From NCBI GenBank assembly GCA_963768175.1, contig CAVYGQ010000001.1:254305-318304 (forward strand): a DNA stretch of 64,000 bases, given 5' to 3'. Source of the stretch: Candidatus Doudnabacteria bacterium (lineage in GTDB: Bacteria > Patescibacteriota > Doudnabacteria > UBA920). Below, in pieces: positions 30,952 through 40,240 of this stretch (positions within the stretch are counted from its first letter, which is position 1; each line of letters opens with the position of its first letter). A program made the position numbers and the translations under genes. Below the pieces are notes generated by a model. It did not search any database and was not told the origin of the DNA. It saw only the letters and a program-made list of their open reading frames with translations.

Positions 30952-32823
30952 TTAATGTATCTTATACACCGCCATTACATCTTGGTTAAATTGGTTGCGG
31001 TCTTCCTGGGCAAGATAGGCGTTGGAATGATATTGCTTAAATTTTACCGTGTCAAACAGACTGCTTTGGGTAAATACTATTTGGTCTTGTGAAGTTAGCC
31101 CCGAAAGCTCCCAGGCATGTTCCGGATCAACCTGGTGATAAGGCACATTGCACGGCTGGCTAAAATTGCCTTTTGGGTCGGAAGTCAAAAAATCCGTAGT
31201 TTGGATGGAAAATGAGTCCAAAACCAGATAGGTATGCTCTTTGGTTGAGCCAAGACCGGCAGCCACAGACTGATTGCAATGGTCAACCAAATATTGGCTG
31301 ACCGGCGTTAAATCCGCGCGGAAAGCGTAAAAATACTCCGGGCTATTTGCCGCGTACACAAAATATAAAAAGTAGGTTTGGAGCGTCAGGGCAACAAAGA
31401 AACAAACGACAAGAATTTTAAATGAAAAATTCACAATGCGTAACCGCGGCGGAGTAAAACTACTATCTTTCACCCAAGCAGGATCTTTATAATAATGCAA
31501 AACACTATTCCAAAGTTTTTTATGAAGTTTAATTATTATTTGAAAAAATTCATACAGCGCCCAAGCAGTAATAATAAACACCGGCGCAATGGCCCCGGCA
31601 CTGCGCAGTCCGTGCGGTATGCCTTCGGCTGTGGCCAACTCGGGCAACAGCATGCCCCAAAACCAACCAGTAAGCAAAAAATATCTCCAGTATTTTTGCC
31701 GTTTAGCCGGGGCAAAAAAATACCAAATCCCCAGCAGAGTTACAATTGCTAAACCAACCCCAAAAAACGGGCTGATTAACGGAGAAAGAAACGGATAGCC
31801 GGAAATGTTTTGCCGCCAATTTAAATCGCCCTGCGTAAAAAACCCGACTACCGATGCTTTTAGCACAGTCCAAAAAACCGCGGCTATAACCGGAAAAGAA
31901 GGCTTGCTGGTTAATTGCTGCCCGTTTACCAAATACAGGGATTGGTTGAAAATACTGACCTGGCCGCTGCGGCCGATAAAATAACCAAAATTGTGGTAAA
32001 AATAATCGGCAATCCAGGAAACAAAAACCGCAAAGGCCGCCACAAATACCAAAAACTGTTTCCGATATTTTTGTATTGCCACCTTTAGTTCATGTTTTTT
32101 AAATGATGCTAAAAGAGGCCAGAGCAAAACCATAAACAAAATCGGCACCATTATACGGTAGGCAATGTAAGTATAAAAACCCAGCGCAAAACTGGTTCCC
32201 AGTAAAAGTGAAAACCAATACCTGGCCTTTTGGCTTTGCGCCTGGTAAACGCGGAGCAAAAAATACAAGCTTATGGCGCCAAAAAGGGGAGTAAGGTTGG
32301 CTCTAAGCGCCGTGCGCGACAAAACAATGTGCCACGTGGAGACGGCCATTAAAAAGGATGCCAGCAAAGCAATACTTACTGCCCGCTTTTTTTTACGCTG
32401 CTCATCGTTTTCGCCTGAATCCGCCTTCGCTTCCATCTTCACTAAAGTTTCGTCGGACAAGAAAGCCCTAGCGGATGACCGGCTATTTTTATTTTCAAAG
32501 TCGGTCAAAAACAGGCGGTAGGCTACAAAAAATACCGCTATGACCGCAAGCACCCCGACCAAGGCGGAAGTCGCGTGCATTTGCCACTGGCCTTTGCCGA
32601 ATAAGGAGGTTGCTCCCCACTCCAAATAAAAAAACAAGGCTTCCCGTCCATTACCCCTTTCGTAAAAGGGCTGCAAGTGGCCCTGTTGCATTAAGTTGAC
32701 ATCCAGCCCATTAGCGGCTTCGTCCGGAAATAACCCGCCCGGCATACGGACAATTTGATAGAACCGAAAAAACACCGCTAAAAGAATTATCAGCATCAAG
32801 TAAACTTTTTGTTTCCTGCTCAT
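30952..32823 (-). CDS. GT-C fold glycosyltransferase (ArnT/PMT-like)
   Basis: PGGLFPDEAANG, GREALFFY and multiple TM helices. In-frame element at about 32419-32480. Confidence 0.88.
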   Translation of the reverse strand: MSRKQKVYLMLIILLAVFFRFYQIVRMPGGLFPDEAANGLDVNLMQQGHLQPFYERGNGREALFFYLEWGATSLFGKGQWQMHATSALVGVLAVIAVFFVAYRLFLTDFENKNSRSSARAFLSDETLVKMEAKADSGENDEQRKKKRAVSIALLASFLMAVSTWHIVLSRTALRANLTPLFGAISLYFLLRVYQAQSQKARYWFSLLLGTSFALGFYTYIAYRIMVPILFMVLLWPLLASFKKHELKVAIQKYRKQFLVFVAAFAVFVSWIADYFYHNFGYFIGRSGQVSIFNQSLYLVNGQQLTSKPSFPVIAAVFWTVLKASVVGFFTQGDLNWRQNISGYPFLSPLISPFFGVGLAIVTLLGIWYFFAPAKRQKYWRYFLLTGWFWGMLLPELATAEGIPHGLRSAGAIAPVFIITAWALYEFFQIIIKLHKKLWNSVLHYYKDPAWVKDSSFTPPRLRIVNFSFKILVVCFFVALTLQTYFLYFVYAANSPEYFYAFRADLTPVSQYLVDHCNQSVAAGLGSTKEHTYLVLDSFSIQTTDFLTSDPKGNFSQPCNVPYHQVDPEHAWELSGLTSQDQIVFTQSSLFDTVKFKQYHSNAYLAQEDRNQFNQDVMAVYKIH

Positions 32824-32943
32824 GGGTTGTAATTTTCCGGCTTAATTATAGTTTTTATTTTATTTTCAAATAAACTCTGGCAATGGAAATTAATCCCTTT
32901 TTTTGCTATAATTGGAAAGTAAAAAAACCGTTATCTAAATGAA

Positions 32944-33300
32944 ATGACGCTTAAGCGTACGGAAAAAATTAAAGCTTGGTTACTAAATATTTGGTTTCTA
33001 TGGGCCTTGTGCCTAATTTTTAATATTATAACATTTTTATTCATATATTTCAAAATTCACCCGGGCAATAAAACCCTGGCTTTGCACTATAACGTATTGG
33101 TCGGCGTGCAGTGGTATGGCAAAGGAAAAAATTTGTACCTTATCCCGGGAGTTGGGTTGGTTATATCAGCAGCCAATTTTACGCTCTATAGAGCTTTGCG
33201 TGACAATAAAAATTTTTTATCGGCGCTAACGGTTTTTGTCAGCCTTTGCGCACAAGTAATTTTGCTTGCCGTGTCTTTATTTTTGTCTAAAGTGAACTAA
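32944..33300 (+). CDS. 3-TM membrane protein
   Basis: Hydrophobic helices and an LHYNV..G motif. Confidence 0.75.
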   Translation: MTLKRTEKIKAWLLNIWFLWALCLIFNIITFLFIYFKIHPGNKTLALHYNVLVGVQWYGKGKNLYLIPGVGLVISAANFTLYRALRDNKNFLSALTVFVSLCAQVILLAVSLFLSKVN

Positions 33301-33415
33301 CGCGGATCTACTGATGGTACACGGATCAACGGATGACTACAGATACCGCTGGCAGTGCCCATCAGTAAACATCGGTAGATCCGAATTCAATCCGTAGATC
33401 CGTGTTAACTAAATT

Positions 33416-35074
33416 ATGTTTAGAAAAAGAACATTCCAAGAAAGACTGTGGGAAATTTTACCCGGGTTGCAATTTTGGGTGGTTTTCTTCGGATCCATTT
33501 TGCTTTCATTTTACTTGCCGGTGTGGGCGGCAATTTTTATTATTTGTTTTGATTTATACTGGGTCTTAAAGGCAATAAACGTCGCCGTCCATTTGTTGGC
33601 CAGTTATAGAAAATTTAAGTTTATTGTCACCATAAACTGGGAAGATTATATAAAACGACTGGGTAATTTCCAAAAGTTTACGGAATTTTTGCTGGTACAG
33701 GAAAAAGCCTCTAAAACATCCCTGGCAAAAACTTTTTTCAGCGAGGAAATAATAAAAATCCAAAGGCTAACGGCCTTGGGCAAAGCAGGCGGCGATTATT
33801 TAAATTACTACCAGCTGATTTTAATCCCGTTTATTGACGAAAGCTTTGAAGTTTTAGACTCAACTTTTAAGGCCTTGGGCGCCAGCAATTACCCCAAAGA
33901 AAAAATGATTGTGCTTTTGGCCAGCGAAGAACGCGCCGGGGCTAAAGCGCAGAAGGTGGCCGCGCAAATTAAGGAAAAATACCAAGGCCAATTTTATAAA
34001 TTTTTTGTCACCGTCCACCCGGATGGGCTTTTAGGCGAAATTAAGGGCAAAAGCGCCAACGCCAGTTTTGCGGTCCAGTCAATTTTGCCGGAATTACAAA
34101 AATTAGACATAAAGGATGAGCAGGTTTTAGTCTCCAACTTTGATTCCGACACAATCATCCACCCGCAATATTTTGCACGGGTTATGTACGAATTTTTAAC
34201 CGTGGACAAACCCTACCAAAAAAGCTACCAGCCCGTGGCTATTTACAATAATAATATCTGGGACAGCCCGGCAATCATTAGGGTAGTTTCGGTCTCCAAT
34301 TCCTTTTGGCAATTTACGGAAAGCAGCCGGCCTGACCGCCTGCGGACTTTTTCCTCGCACACTATGACTCTAAAAGCCTTAATTGAGGTGGGCTTTTGGG
34401 AAAAAGATATCGTTAATGAAGATGGTTATATTTACTGGCAATGCTATTTGCATTATAACGGCGACTACCAGGTGGTGCCATTGTTTATCCCAATTTCTTT
34501 GGATACCTGTTTGGCCAAAAGCACCTGGCAAACCTTAATTAACCAGTACAAGCAAAAACGCCGCTGGGCTTACAACGTAGAATACTACCCCCATTTAATC
34601 CCCGCACTTTTAAAATCCAAAGCTAAATTTTGGGACAAAATGTATAAACTTTACCAATACGCGGAAGGCAATTTTAACTGGGCAACCGCCAGCATACTTA
34701 TTACTCTCTTAGGCCGTTTGCCTTTGTATTTGGGCGGCGAAGCCTTTAACCAGAGCGTAGTCGGCTATAATTTGCCCAAAATAACGGTTATCCTGCTGGA
34801 TATAGCTTTGGTATTTTTGATTTTCAGCGTCTATGTAAACATGGTCCTACTGCCGCCGCGGCCGAAAAAATACAGCGTCTGGCGCTCTGTTATGATGTAC
34901 GTACAGTGGATTTTTGTGCCGTTTGTTTCGGTAATTTTCGGCAGCCTTCCGGCCGTGGAAGCCCAAACCCGCCTGATGTTCGGCAAATATCTGGAATTTT
35001 GGGTTACTCCCAAAGCCCGAAAAGGAGAAAACACCGGACTGACCATGAAGGAAATGCAAACCACGAATAAATAA
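33416..35074 (+). CDS. membrane glycosyltransferase family 2
   Basis: KGKSAN, FDSD, VNED and QxxRW (QKRRW) motifs. TM helices at both ends. Confidence 0.9.
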   Translation: MFRKRTFQERLWEILPGLQFWVVFFGSILLSFYLPVWAAIFIICFDLYWVLKAINVAVHLLASYRKFKFIVTINWEDYIKRLGNFQKFTEFLLVQEKASKTSLAKTFFSEEIIKIQRLTALGKAGGDYLNYYQLILIPFIDESFEVLDSTFKALGASNYPKEKMIVLLASEERAGAKAQKVAAQIKEKYQGQFYKFFVTVHPDGLLGEIKGKSANASFAVQSILPELQKLDIKDEQVLVSNFDSDTIIHPQYFARVMYEFLTVDKPYQKSYQPVAIYNNNIWDSPAIIRVVSVSNSFWQFTESSRPDRLRTFSSHTMTLKALIEVGFWEKDIVNEDGYIYWQCYLHYNGDYQVVPLFIPISLDTCLAKSTWQTLINQYKQKRRWAYNVEYYPHLIPALLKSKAKFWDKMYKLYQYAEGNFNWATASILITLLGRLPLYLGGEAFNQSVVGYNLPKITVILLDIALVFLIFSVYVNMVLLPPRPKKYSVWRSVMMYVQWIFVPFVSVIFGSLPAVEAQTRLMFGKYLEFWVTPKARKGENTGLTMKEMQTTNK

Positions 35075-35083
35075 TATACTTTT

Positions 35084-37507
35084 GTGCGGAAACTTTTTTT
35101 ACAAATTGAAGATAAAATTAATTTACGGCCAAACTCTGCCGCCGCAGTTATTTTAAGCTTGCTGGTTTTAATTTTTATTTCACCCTCGTTTTTTCAAGGA
35201 CGCTTTTTGGCGCCGGTGGATACCACCCATTACGTGGCGCCGTATTTGGATATAACCACCCAGATGCTGCCGTGGTGGAAACTTTCCGGTGAGCTGGTCA
35301 AATCCGGCCATTTGCCGTTTTGGAACATTTTTTCCGGCAACGGTTTGCCTCTTTTAGCCAATATGCAGTCCGCGGTTTTTTTTCCGCTAACCTGGCTGTT
35401 TTATATTTTTAACGTCCGTTTCGCGCTGGATGCTTACGCGTTTTTAAAATTGCTTTTGATGGGTTTGCTTACCTATTTTTATTTGCGCGAACTGAAATTA
35501 AAGTATTACCCCTGTTTGCTCGGGGCAATTTTATTCGCTTTTTGTAATAGCAACGTCATCTGGTTTTTATGGCCCCTGACTTCGGTAATTTTAATTTTGC
35601 CTTTATCGTTTTTCCTGCTGGAGCGGTATTTTAATACTCGCGATATTAAAACCGCCTTCTGGCTTGCGCCAGTAACGGCTTTGGGTTTATTTGCCGGGCA
35701 CCCGCAAACCTTTTTTTATATTTTTTGCGCGATTTACGGCTATACGGTATTTAAATCGTTTTTCTTTGGCCAAAACTTAAGACAGGGGACTTACAAATTA
35801 ATTTTACTCTCGGCAATTTACCTCCTCGGCTTTATTATGTCCGCATTGGCGGTTTTGCCGTTTTTGGAATATTTAAAGCTAAGCGCCAATTTAAATTACC
35901 GCGCAGGCTTTACCGAAAACCCGTTTTATTTGCAGCCGCTGGTATTTTTGGCTAATTTAATTCCGGATTTTTACGGCAATACCGGCGTAAAAAACTTCAG
36001 CTATTTGCTGGTGCCGAATTACGGCGAACTGGCGCTGGGCTACATTGGCATTAGCGGTTTTATAATGGCACTGTTCGCCTTTGGCAAAAAGATGCGAAAA
36101 CAGATCTGGTTTTTCATTATCCTCGCGGTCTTTTGCTTATCCTTGATTTATCACGCGCCGATTATTTATTTTCTGATAAATAAATTTCCCGGTTTTAACC
36201 TGAATTACAATAACCGCCTGCTGTATTTATGGGCGTTTTGCGGCTCGGTGCTGGCGGCTTTCGGCTTGGAAAATTTGCTTGATAACAAAATTTGCCGCAA
36301 ACGCCTGAACTGGACCTTTGCCGGTTTTGCGATTTTTTCGTTGATTTTTATCGTGGCCAATAAAATTGCCACCAGACATTGGCAGTTCGCGCATAATCTT
36401 AACTGGCACACGGTCAGCCTGTGGCAAGACGCGCTAATTATTGCTTTTTTTGCCAACCTTCTGGTGGCGTATTTGATAATCAAAACTGCGGTTGCTTCGC
36501 CAAATAATAGTGTTCGACCAAGTGGAGAACCTATTATTTGGCCTGGTGACAAAAATATCTTCTCCACAAAGCCTGCCCTAAGCTTGCCGAAGGGGTCGAA
36601 GAATATTTTTGTTTTTCCCAAACTTTCCTTCCTTATGCTTTTTTTACTGATTATCATCGAAACCACCATCCACGGCATGATCTTTATGAAAACTTCTAAA
36701 CCGGCTAATTTTTACCCCAACGAGCCGGCCTTAAATTATCTGCAAAACCAGTATCCTCAAAATTTTTACCGGGTTTTTACTTATGGCGACAATTTACTGC
36801 CCAACATCGGCACCCGGTACCATATTAACGAGCTCAACGACCACGACACCATCTATTTAACCAGCAACAAACAGCTTAAGGCGGCGGTGGGCGATTACAA
36901 CTATTCGCCGGAATATACTTTTAGCGACCCGAATTTTAACGCCTTGCGCTTTTTAAGCGTAGGGTACTTGCTTTATCCCGCGCAGCAAGGCTTGGATTTT
37001 TTAAAATTCCACGCGGCCGATTTAAGTTTGGCTTTTAGCGATAATAATTACGCCGTATTAAAACTGAATAACCCCTTGCCCAGGGCTTTTACCATTAAAG
37101 CTTCCGATACTAATGATTTAATAACCAAACTGGCCGGTTTGCAAAACGGCAAAAATCTAAACTTGATAATACCAGCCGTAGGTTTTAGCATTTTGGAAGA
37201 CGGCGCGGAAAATATTGTCTATAACGCGCCCTCAGGCAGTTACTTGGTAACCACCGATAATTACTATCCCGGCTGGTTTGCGAAAATTGACGGTCGGCGC
37301 ATTCCGGTGCAGAATGTAATGGGCTTAAGGGCCGTGGCCGTCCCAGCAGGGAAGGGCAGCATTAAAATTGGTTATCATCCCAAAAACTACGCCTATGGCT
37401 TAGGCTGGAAATTATCGCTGGCCGCGGTTTTGCTTTGGCTTTTACTATACCTTTGGCTATCAAAAACTAACCATAAACCAAAACAAGCCGCTTTACCCAA
37501 TTTATGA
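35084..37507 (+). CDS. YfhO-like GT-C membrane protein
   Basis: PFWN...GLPLLAN.QSAVFFP, GHPQ, PRAF and YYPGWFA motifs. Confidence 0.85.
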   Translation: MRKLFLQIEDKINLRPNSAAAVILSLLVLIFISPSFFQGRFLAPVDTTHYVAPYLDITTQMLPWWKLSGELVKSGHLPFWNIFSGNGLPLLANMQSAVFFPLTWLFYIFNVRFALDAYAFLKLLLMGLLTYFYLRELKLKYYPCLLGAILFAFCNSNVIWFLWPLTSVILILPLSFFLLERYFNTRDIKTAFWLAPVTALGLFAGHPQTFFYIFCAIYGYTVFKSFFFGQNLRQGTYKLILLSAIYLLGFIMSALAVLPFLEYLKLSANLNYRAGFTENPFYLQPLVFLANLIPDFYGNTGVKNFSYLLVPNYGELALGYIGISGFIMALFAFGKKMRKQIWFFIILAVFCLSLIYHAPIIYFLINKFPGFNLNYNNRLLYLWAFCGSVLAAFGLENLLDNKICRKRLNWTFAGFAIFSLIFIVANKIATRHWQFAHNLNWHTVSLWQDALIIAFFANLLVAYLIIKTAVASPNNSVRPSGEPIIWPGDKNIFSTKPALSLPKGSKNIFVFPKLSFLMLFLLIIIETTIHGMIFMKTSKPANFYPNEPALNYLQNQYPQNFYRVFTYGDNLLPNIGTRYHINELNDHDTIYLTSNKQLKAAVGDYNYSPEYTFSDPNFNALRFLSVGYLLYPAQQGLDFLKFHAADLSLAFSDNNYAVLKLNNPLPRAFTIKASDTNDLITKLAGLQNGKNLNLIIPAVGFSILEDGAENIVYNAPSGSYLVTTDNYYPGWFAKIDGRRIPVQNVMGLRAVAVPAGKGSIKIGYHPKNYAYGLGWKLSLAAVLLWLLLYLWLSKTNHKPKQAALPNL

Positions 37508-38631
37508 TGTATTTACTTTTCTTTTTATTGGCTTTGTTGCTCTCGCTTGGCATTACACCTGTTATAAAAAAGCTTGCCTGGTGCCGGCGGGTTTTGGATT
37601 TACCCGACCAATCCCGAAAACTGCACCCAAATCCTACGCCGCTTTTGGGAGGGGCGGCTGTTTATTTGAGCATGCTTGTTGCACTATTGGCATACTTTGA
37701 ATTCGGACATCCGGATTTTAATATTGTGCCCATGCGATTTTTCTGCGGAATCATTTTTGGCGGCTTAATTTTAATTATCGGCGGCGCCTTAGACGACAAA
37801 TTTAACTTACCGCCAAAAATTTTGTGGCTGTTTCCGGCCTTGGCGTCTTTAATAATTATTTGGTCGGGCATTGGCGTAGGCATAACCCATATAAGCAACC
37901 CGTTTGGCTCGCCGATAAACATTAACCATAATTTTCAATTTTTAATTTTTAATTTTCGATTGTCTGCTATTTTGGTTTGGCTCTGGATGATGGGCATGAT
38001 TTTTACCACCAAGCTTTTGGACGGGCTGGACGGGCTATGCAGCGGAGTGGGGCTAATCGGCTCGCTGACCATGTTTGCTTTATCGCTGACAGCCAAAGTC
38101 AACCAGCCGATTACCGCCACCATCGCGATTATTTTTGCGGGATGCCTTTTAGGATTTTTGTTTTATAATTTTAACCCGGCTTCAATTTTTTTGGGGGAAT
38201 CGGGCAGCACATTAATTGGTTTTATGCTCGGCGTGCTGGCCATTATTTTAGGGGCAAAAATCGCCACGGCTTTGCTGGTTATGGGTATTCCGATCTTAGA
38301 CGTTGCCTGGGCCATTATCCGCCGGCTGTTTTACCGCCGCAGTCCCTTTAAAGGCGACCGCCAGCACCTGCATTTCAGGCTCCTGGATATTGGTTTAAGC
38401 CAGCGCCAGGCGGTTTTGGCGCTTTACGCGATATCAGTAGTTTTTGGCGGCGTCGCCATATTTTTGCAAAGCTACGGCAAACTAATCGCTCTGTTAATTT
38501 TATTTATAGTAATGATAATTATCGCTCTAACCACGGTGATTTTGTACAAAAAACAACACCCGCATTTGCCCGACTTGTTTGACTATGCGGAGTTGACGGA
38601 TAAACAAAAAGCTGATAAAATATCCGAGTAA
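37504..38631 (+). CDS. WecA/TagO/MraY-family polyprenyl-phosphate sugar-1-phosphate transferase
   Basis: PTPLLGG, GALDD, LDGLDGL, NFNPASIFLGESG and DRQHLHFRL motifs. Confidence 0.93.
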   Translation: MMYLLFFLLALLLSLGITPVIKKLAWCRRVLDLPDQSRKLHPNPTPLLGGAAVYLSMLVALLAYFEFGHPDFNIVPMRFFCGIIFGGLILIIGGALDDKFNLPPKILWLFPALASLIIIWSGIGVGITHISNPFGSPININHNFQFLIFNFRLSAILVWLWMMGMIFTTKLLDGLDGLCSGVGLIGSLTMFALSLTAKVNQPITATIAIIFAGCLLGFLFYNFNPASIFLGESGSTLIGFMLGVLAIILGAKIATALLVMGIPILDVAWAIIRRLFYRRSPFKGDRQHLHFRLLDIGLSQRQAVLALYAISVVFGGVAIFLQSYGKLIALLILFIVMIIIALTTVILYKKQHPHLPDLFDYAELTDKQKADKISE

Positions 38632-38662
38632 CTTAAATCTTTAATCATAAATCTTTAATCTG

Positions 38663-38956
38663 ATGTTAGCTATCATAGAATCCGGCGGAAAACAATATTT
38701 GGTTAAAACCGGCGATAAAATCCAGGTAGAAAAGCTAAATGCGGAAGCCGGTAAGACCGTCACCTTTGATAAAGTTTTATTTCACGACGGCAAAGTCGGC
38801 AAACCCTACGTCTCCGGGGCGACCGTGACCGGCAAAGTCCTAAAGCAGGGCAGGGGAGACAAAGTCCACGTGCTCAAATACCGCGCCAAAAGCAAATATC
38901 GAAGGAAAATTGGGGCGAGGCAAGCTTATACCGAAATAGAGATTACCAAAGCATAA
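38663..38956 (+). CDS. rplU: 50S ribosomal protein L21
   Basis: [12 protein letters not shown]...GARQAYT. Confidence 0.96.
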   Translation: MLAIIESGGKQYLVKTGDKIQVEKLNAEAGKTVTFDKVLFHDGKVGKPYVSGATVTGKVLKQGRGDKVHVLKYRAKSKYRRKIGARQAYTEIEITKA

Positions 38957-39031
38957 ATATATACACCAATGAATAAAGGACTGCCAGGGCGACCGCCAAG
39001 GCAGTCCTTTTTCGTTTCCGCCAGTTCGTTC

Positions 39032-39337
39032 TTATCCCGTAACGAGGATGCAGCACGCATCGTCGAAGACGAGCGTTCTATTCTCCGGGTCGTCGCCGGC
39101 TCGCTGAAACCACCAAAGATGAGCGGCGACATCGTGGGCGGCCAGGATCTGCATCGCCTTCATGAAGTCAACAACATAGCCAATATCCAATGTCCGAGGT
39201 TTGCCACTTACTACGTCGGTCACCTGCATGTGGGGATAGGCTTCTTTGATCGGCAATTCGAGACCGACCCAGGCTTTCCTGACTTCCAACGGCGCTTCGC
39301 CACTGGGAACACTGACGATACGAATCCGTTCCTCCAT
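39032..39337 (-). CDS. hypothetical protein
   Basis: AGGAGG SD and a PSGEAPLEVRKAWVGLELP motif. A hairpin follows the stop. Confidence 0.65.
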   Translation of the reverse strand: MEERIRIVSVPSGEAPLEVRKAWVGLELPIKEAYPHMQVTDVVSGKPRTLDIGYVVDFMKAMQILAAHDVAAHLWWFQRAGDDPENRTLVFDDACCILVTG

Positions 39338-39524
39338 TTCGGCCTCCTATCACAACTATAGTGTAATTCAAATATATGGGCAAGCCTGTTTGCATACCTA
39401 AGCTAAAGTGCTGATCAGAAAAACCGCCCTACTCTTAGGGCGGTTTTTTATTGATCAATTAATATTCCCTTCTACCTTCCAAAATTTAATGTACATTCAT
39501 ACAGTCGTGTATGAATGTACAAGC

Positions 39525-40139
39525 TTAATATTCACGACGACCTTCCATAGCGCGCATTAAAGTTATATCGTCGGCATACTCTAAATCTCCGCCCATGGGC
39601 AGGCCGCGGGCAATGCGGGTGATTTTTATTTTTGGGCTGGCCGCCTTGATAATTTTGGAAAGATGCATGGCCGTCGTTTCGCCTTCAAGCGACGGATTGG
39701 TTGCGATGATGATCTCGCTGACCGGCTTATCCGCTGACTTGCTTATCCGCTTGATTAATGACTCCACTTCCAAGTTCTCCGGCCCAATCCCTTCCAAAGG
39801 ATTTAGCACCCCACCCAGCACATGGAATACCCCGCTGTATTGTCCGGATTTATCTATGGCCTGCGCGTCCAGCGGCTCTTCCACCACGCAAATTAGGCTT
39901 TGGTCGCGCTTTGGGTCAGTACAAGTATTACAAGGGTCAGCTTCACCCATATTATGGCAAACGGAGCAAAAAACAATGCCTTCTTTAACTTGCGCGATGG
40001 ATTGTGAAAGGTTATTTAAATCTATACTGTCTTCTTTCAACAAATAAAAAGCCAAGCGTTGGGCGGTTTTTGGCCCAATGCCGGGAAGTTTTCCGAGTTC
40101 GTTAATCAATTTTTGGAGGGAGGAGGGGAGTTTGGTCAT
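39525..40139 (-). CDS. recR: recombination mediator RecR
   Basis: LPGIGPKTAQRLAF, a C4 zinc finger and a TOPRIM domain (ATNPSLEGETT). Confidence 0.97.
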   Translation of the reverse strand: MTKLPSSLQKLINELGKLPGIGPKTAQRLAFYLLKEDSIDLNNLSQSIAQVKEGIVFCSVCHNMGEADPCNTCTDPKRDQSLICVVEEPLDAQAIDKSGQYSGVFHVLGGVLNPLEGIGPENLEVESLIKRISKSADKPVSEIIIATNPSLEGETTAMHLSKIIKAASPKIKITRIARGLPMGGDLEYADDITLMRAMEGRREY

Positions 40140-40240
40140 GAATCATTTTATCATACTATCATTTTAACATTTTAACATAACCGTAAAATTCCAGTTTGAT
40201 AACATGATAAAATGTTAAGATGTTAAGATGTTAAGATGAT

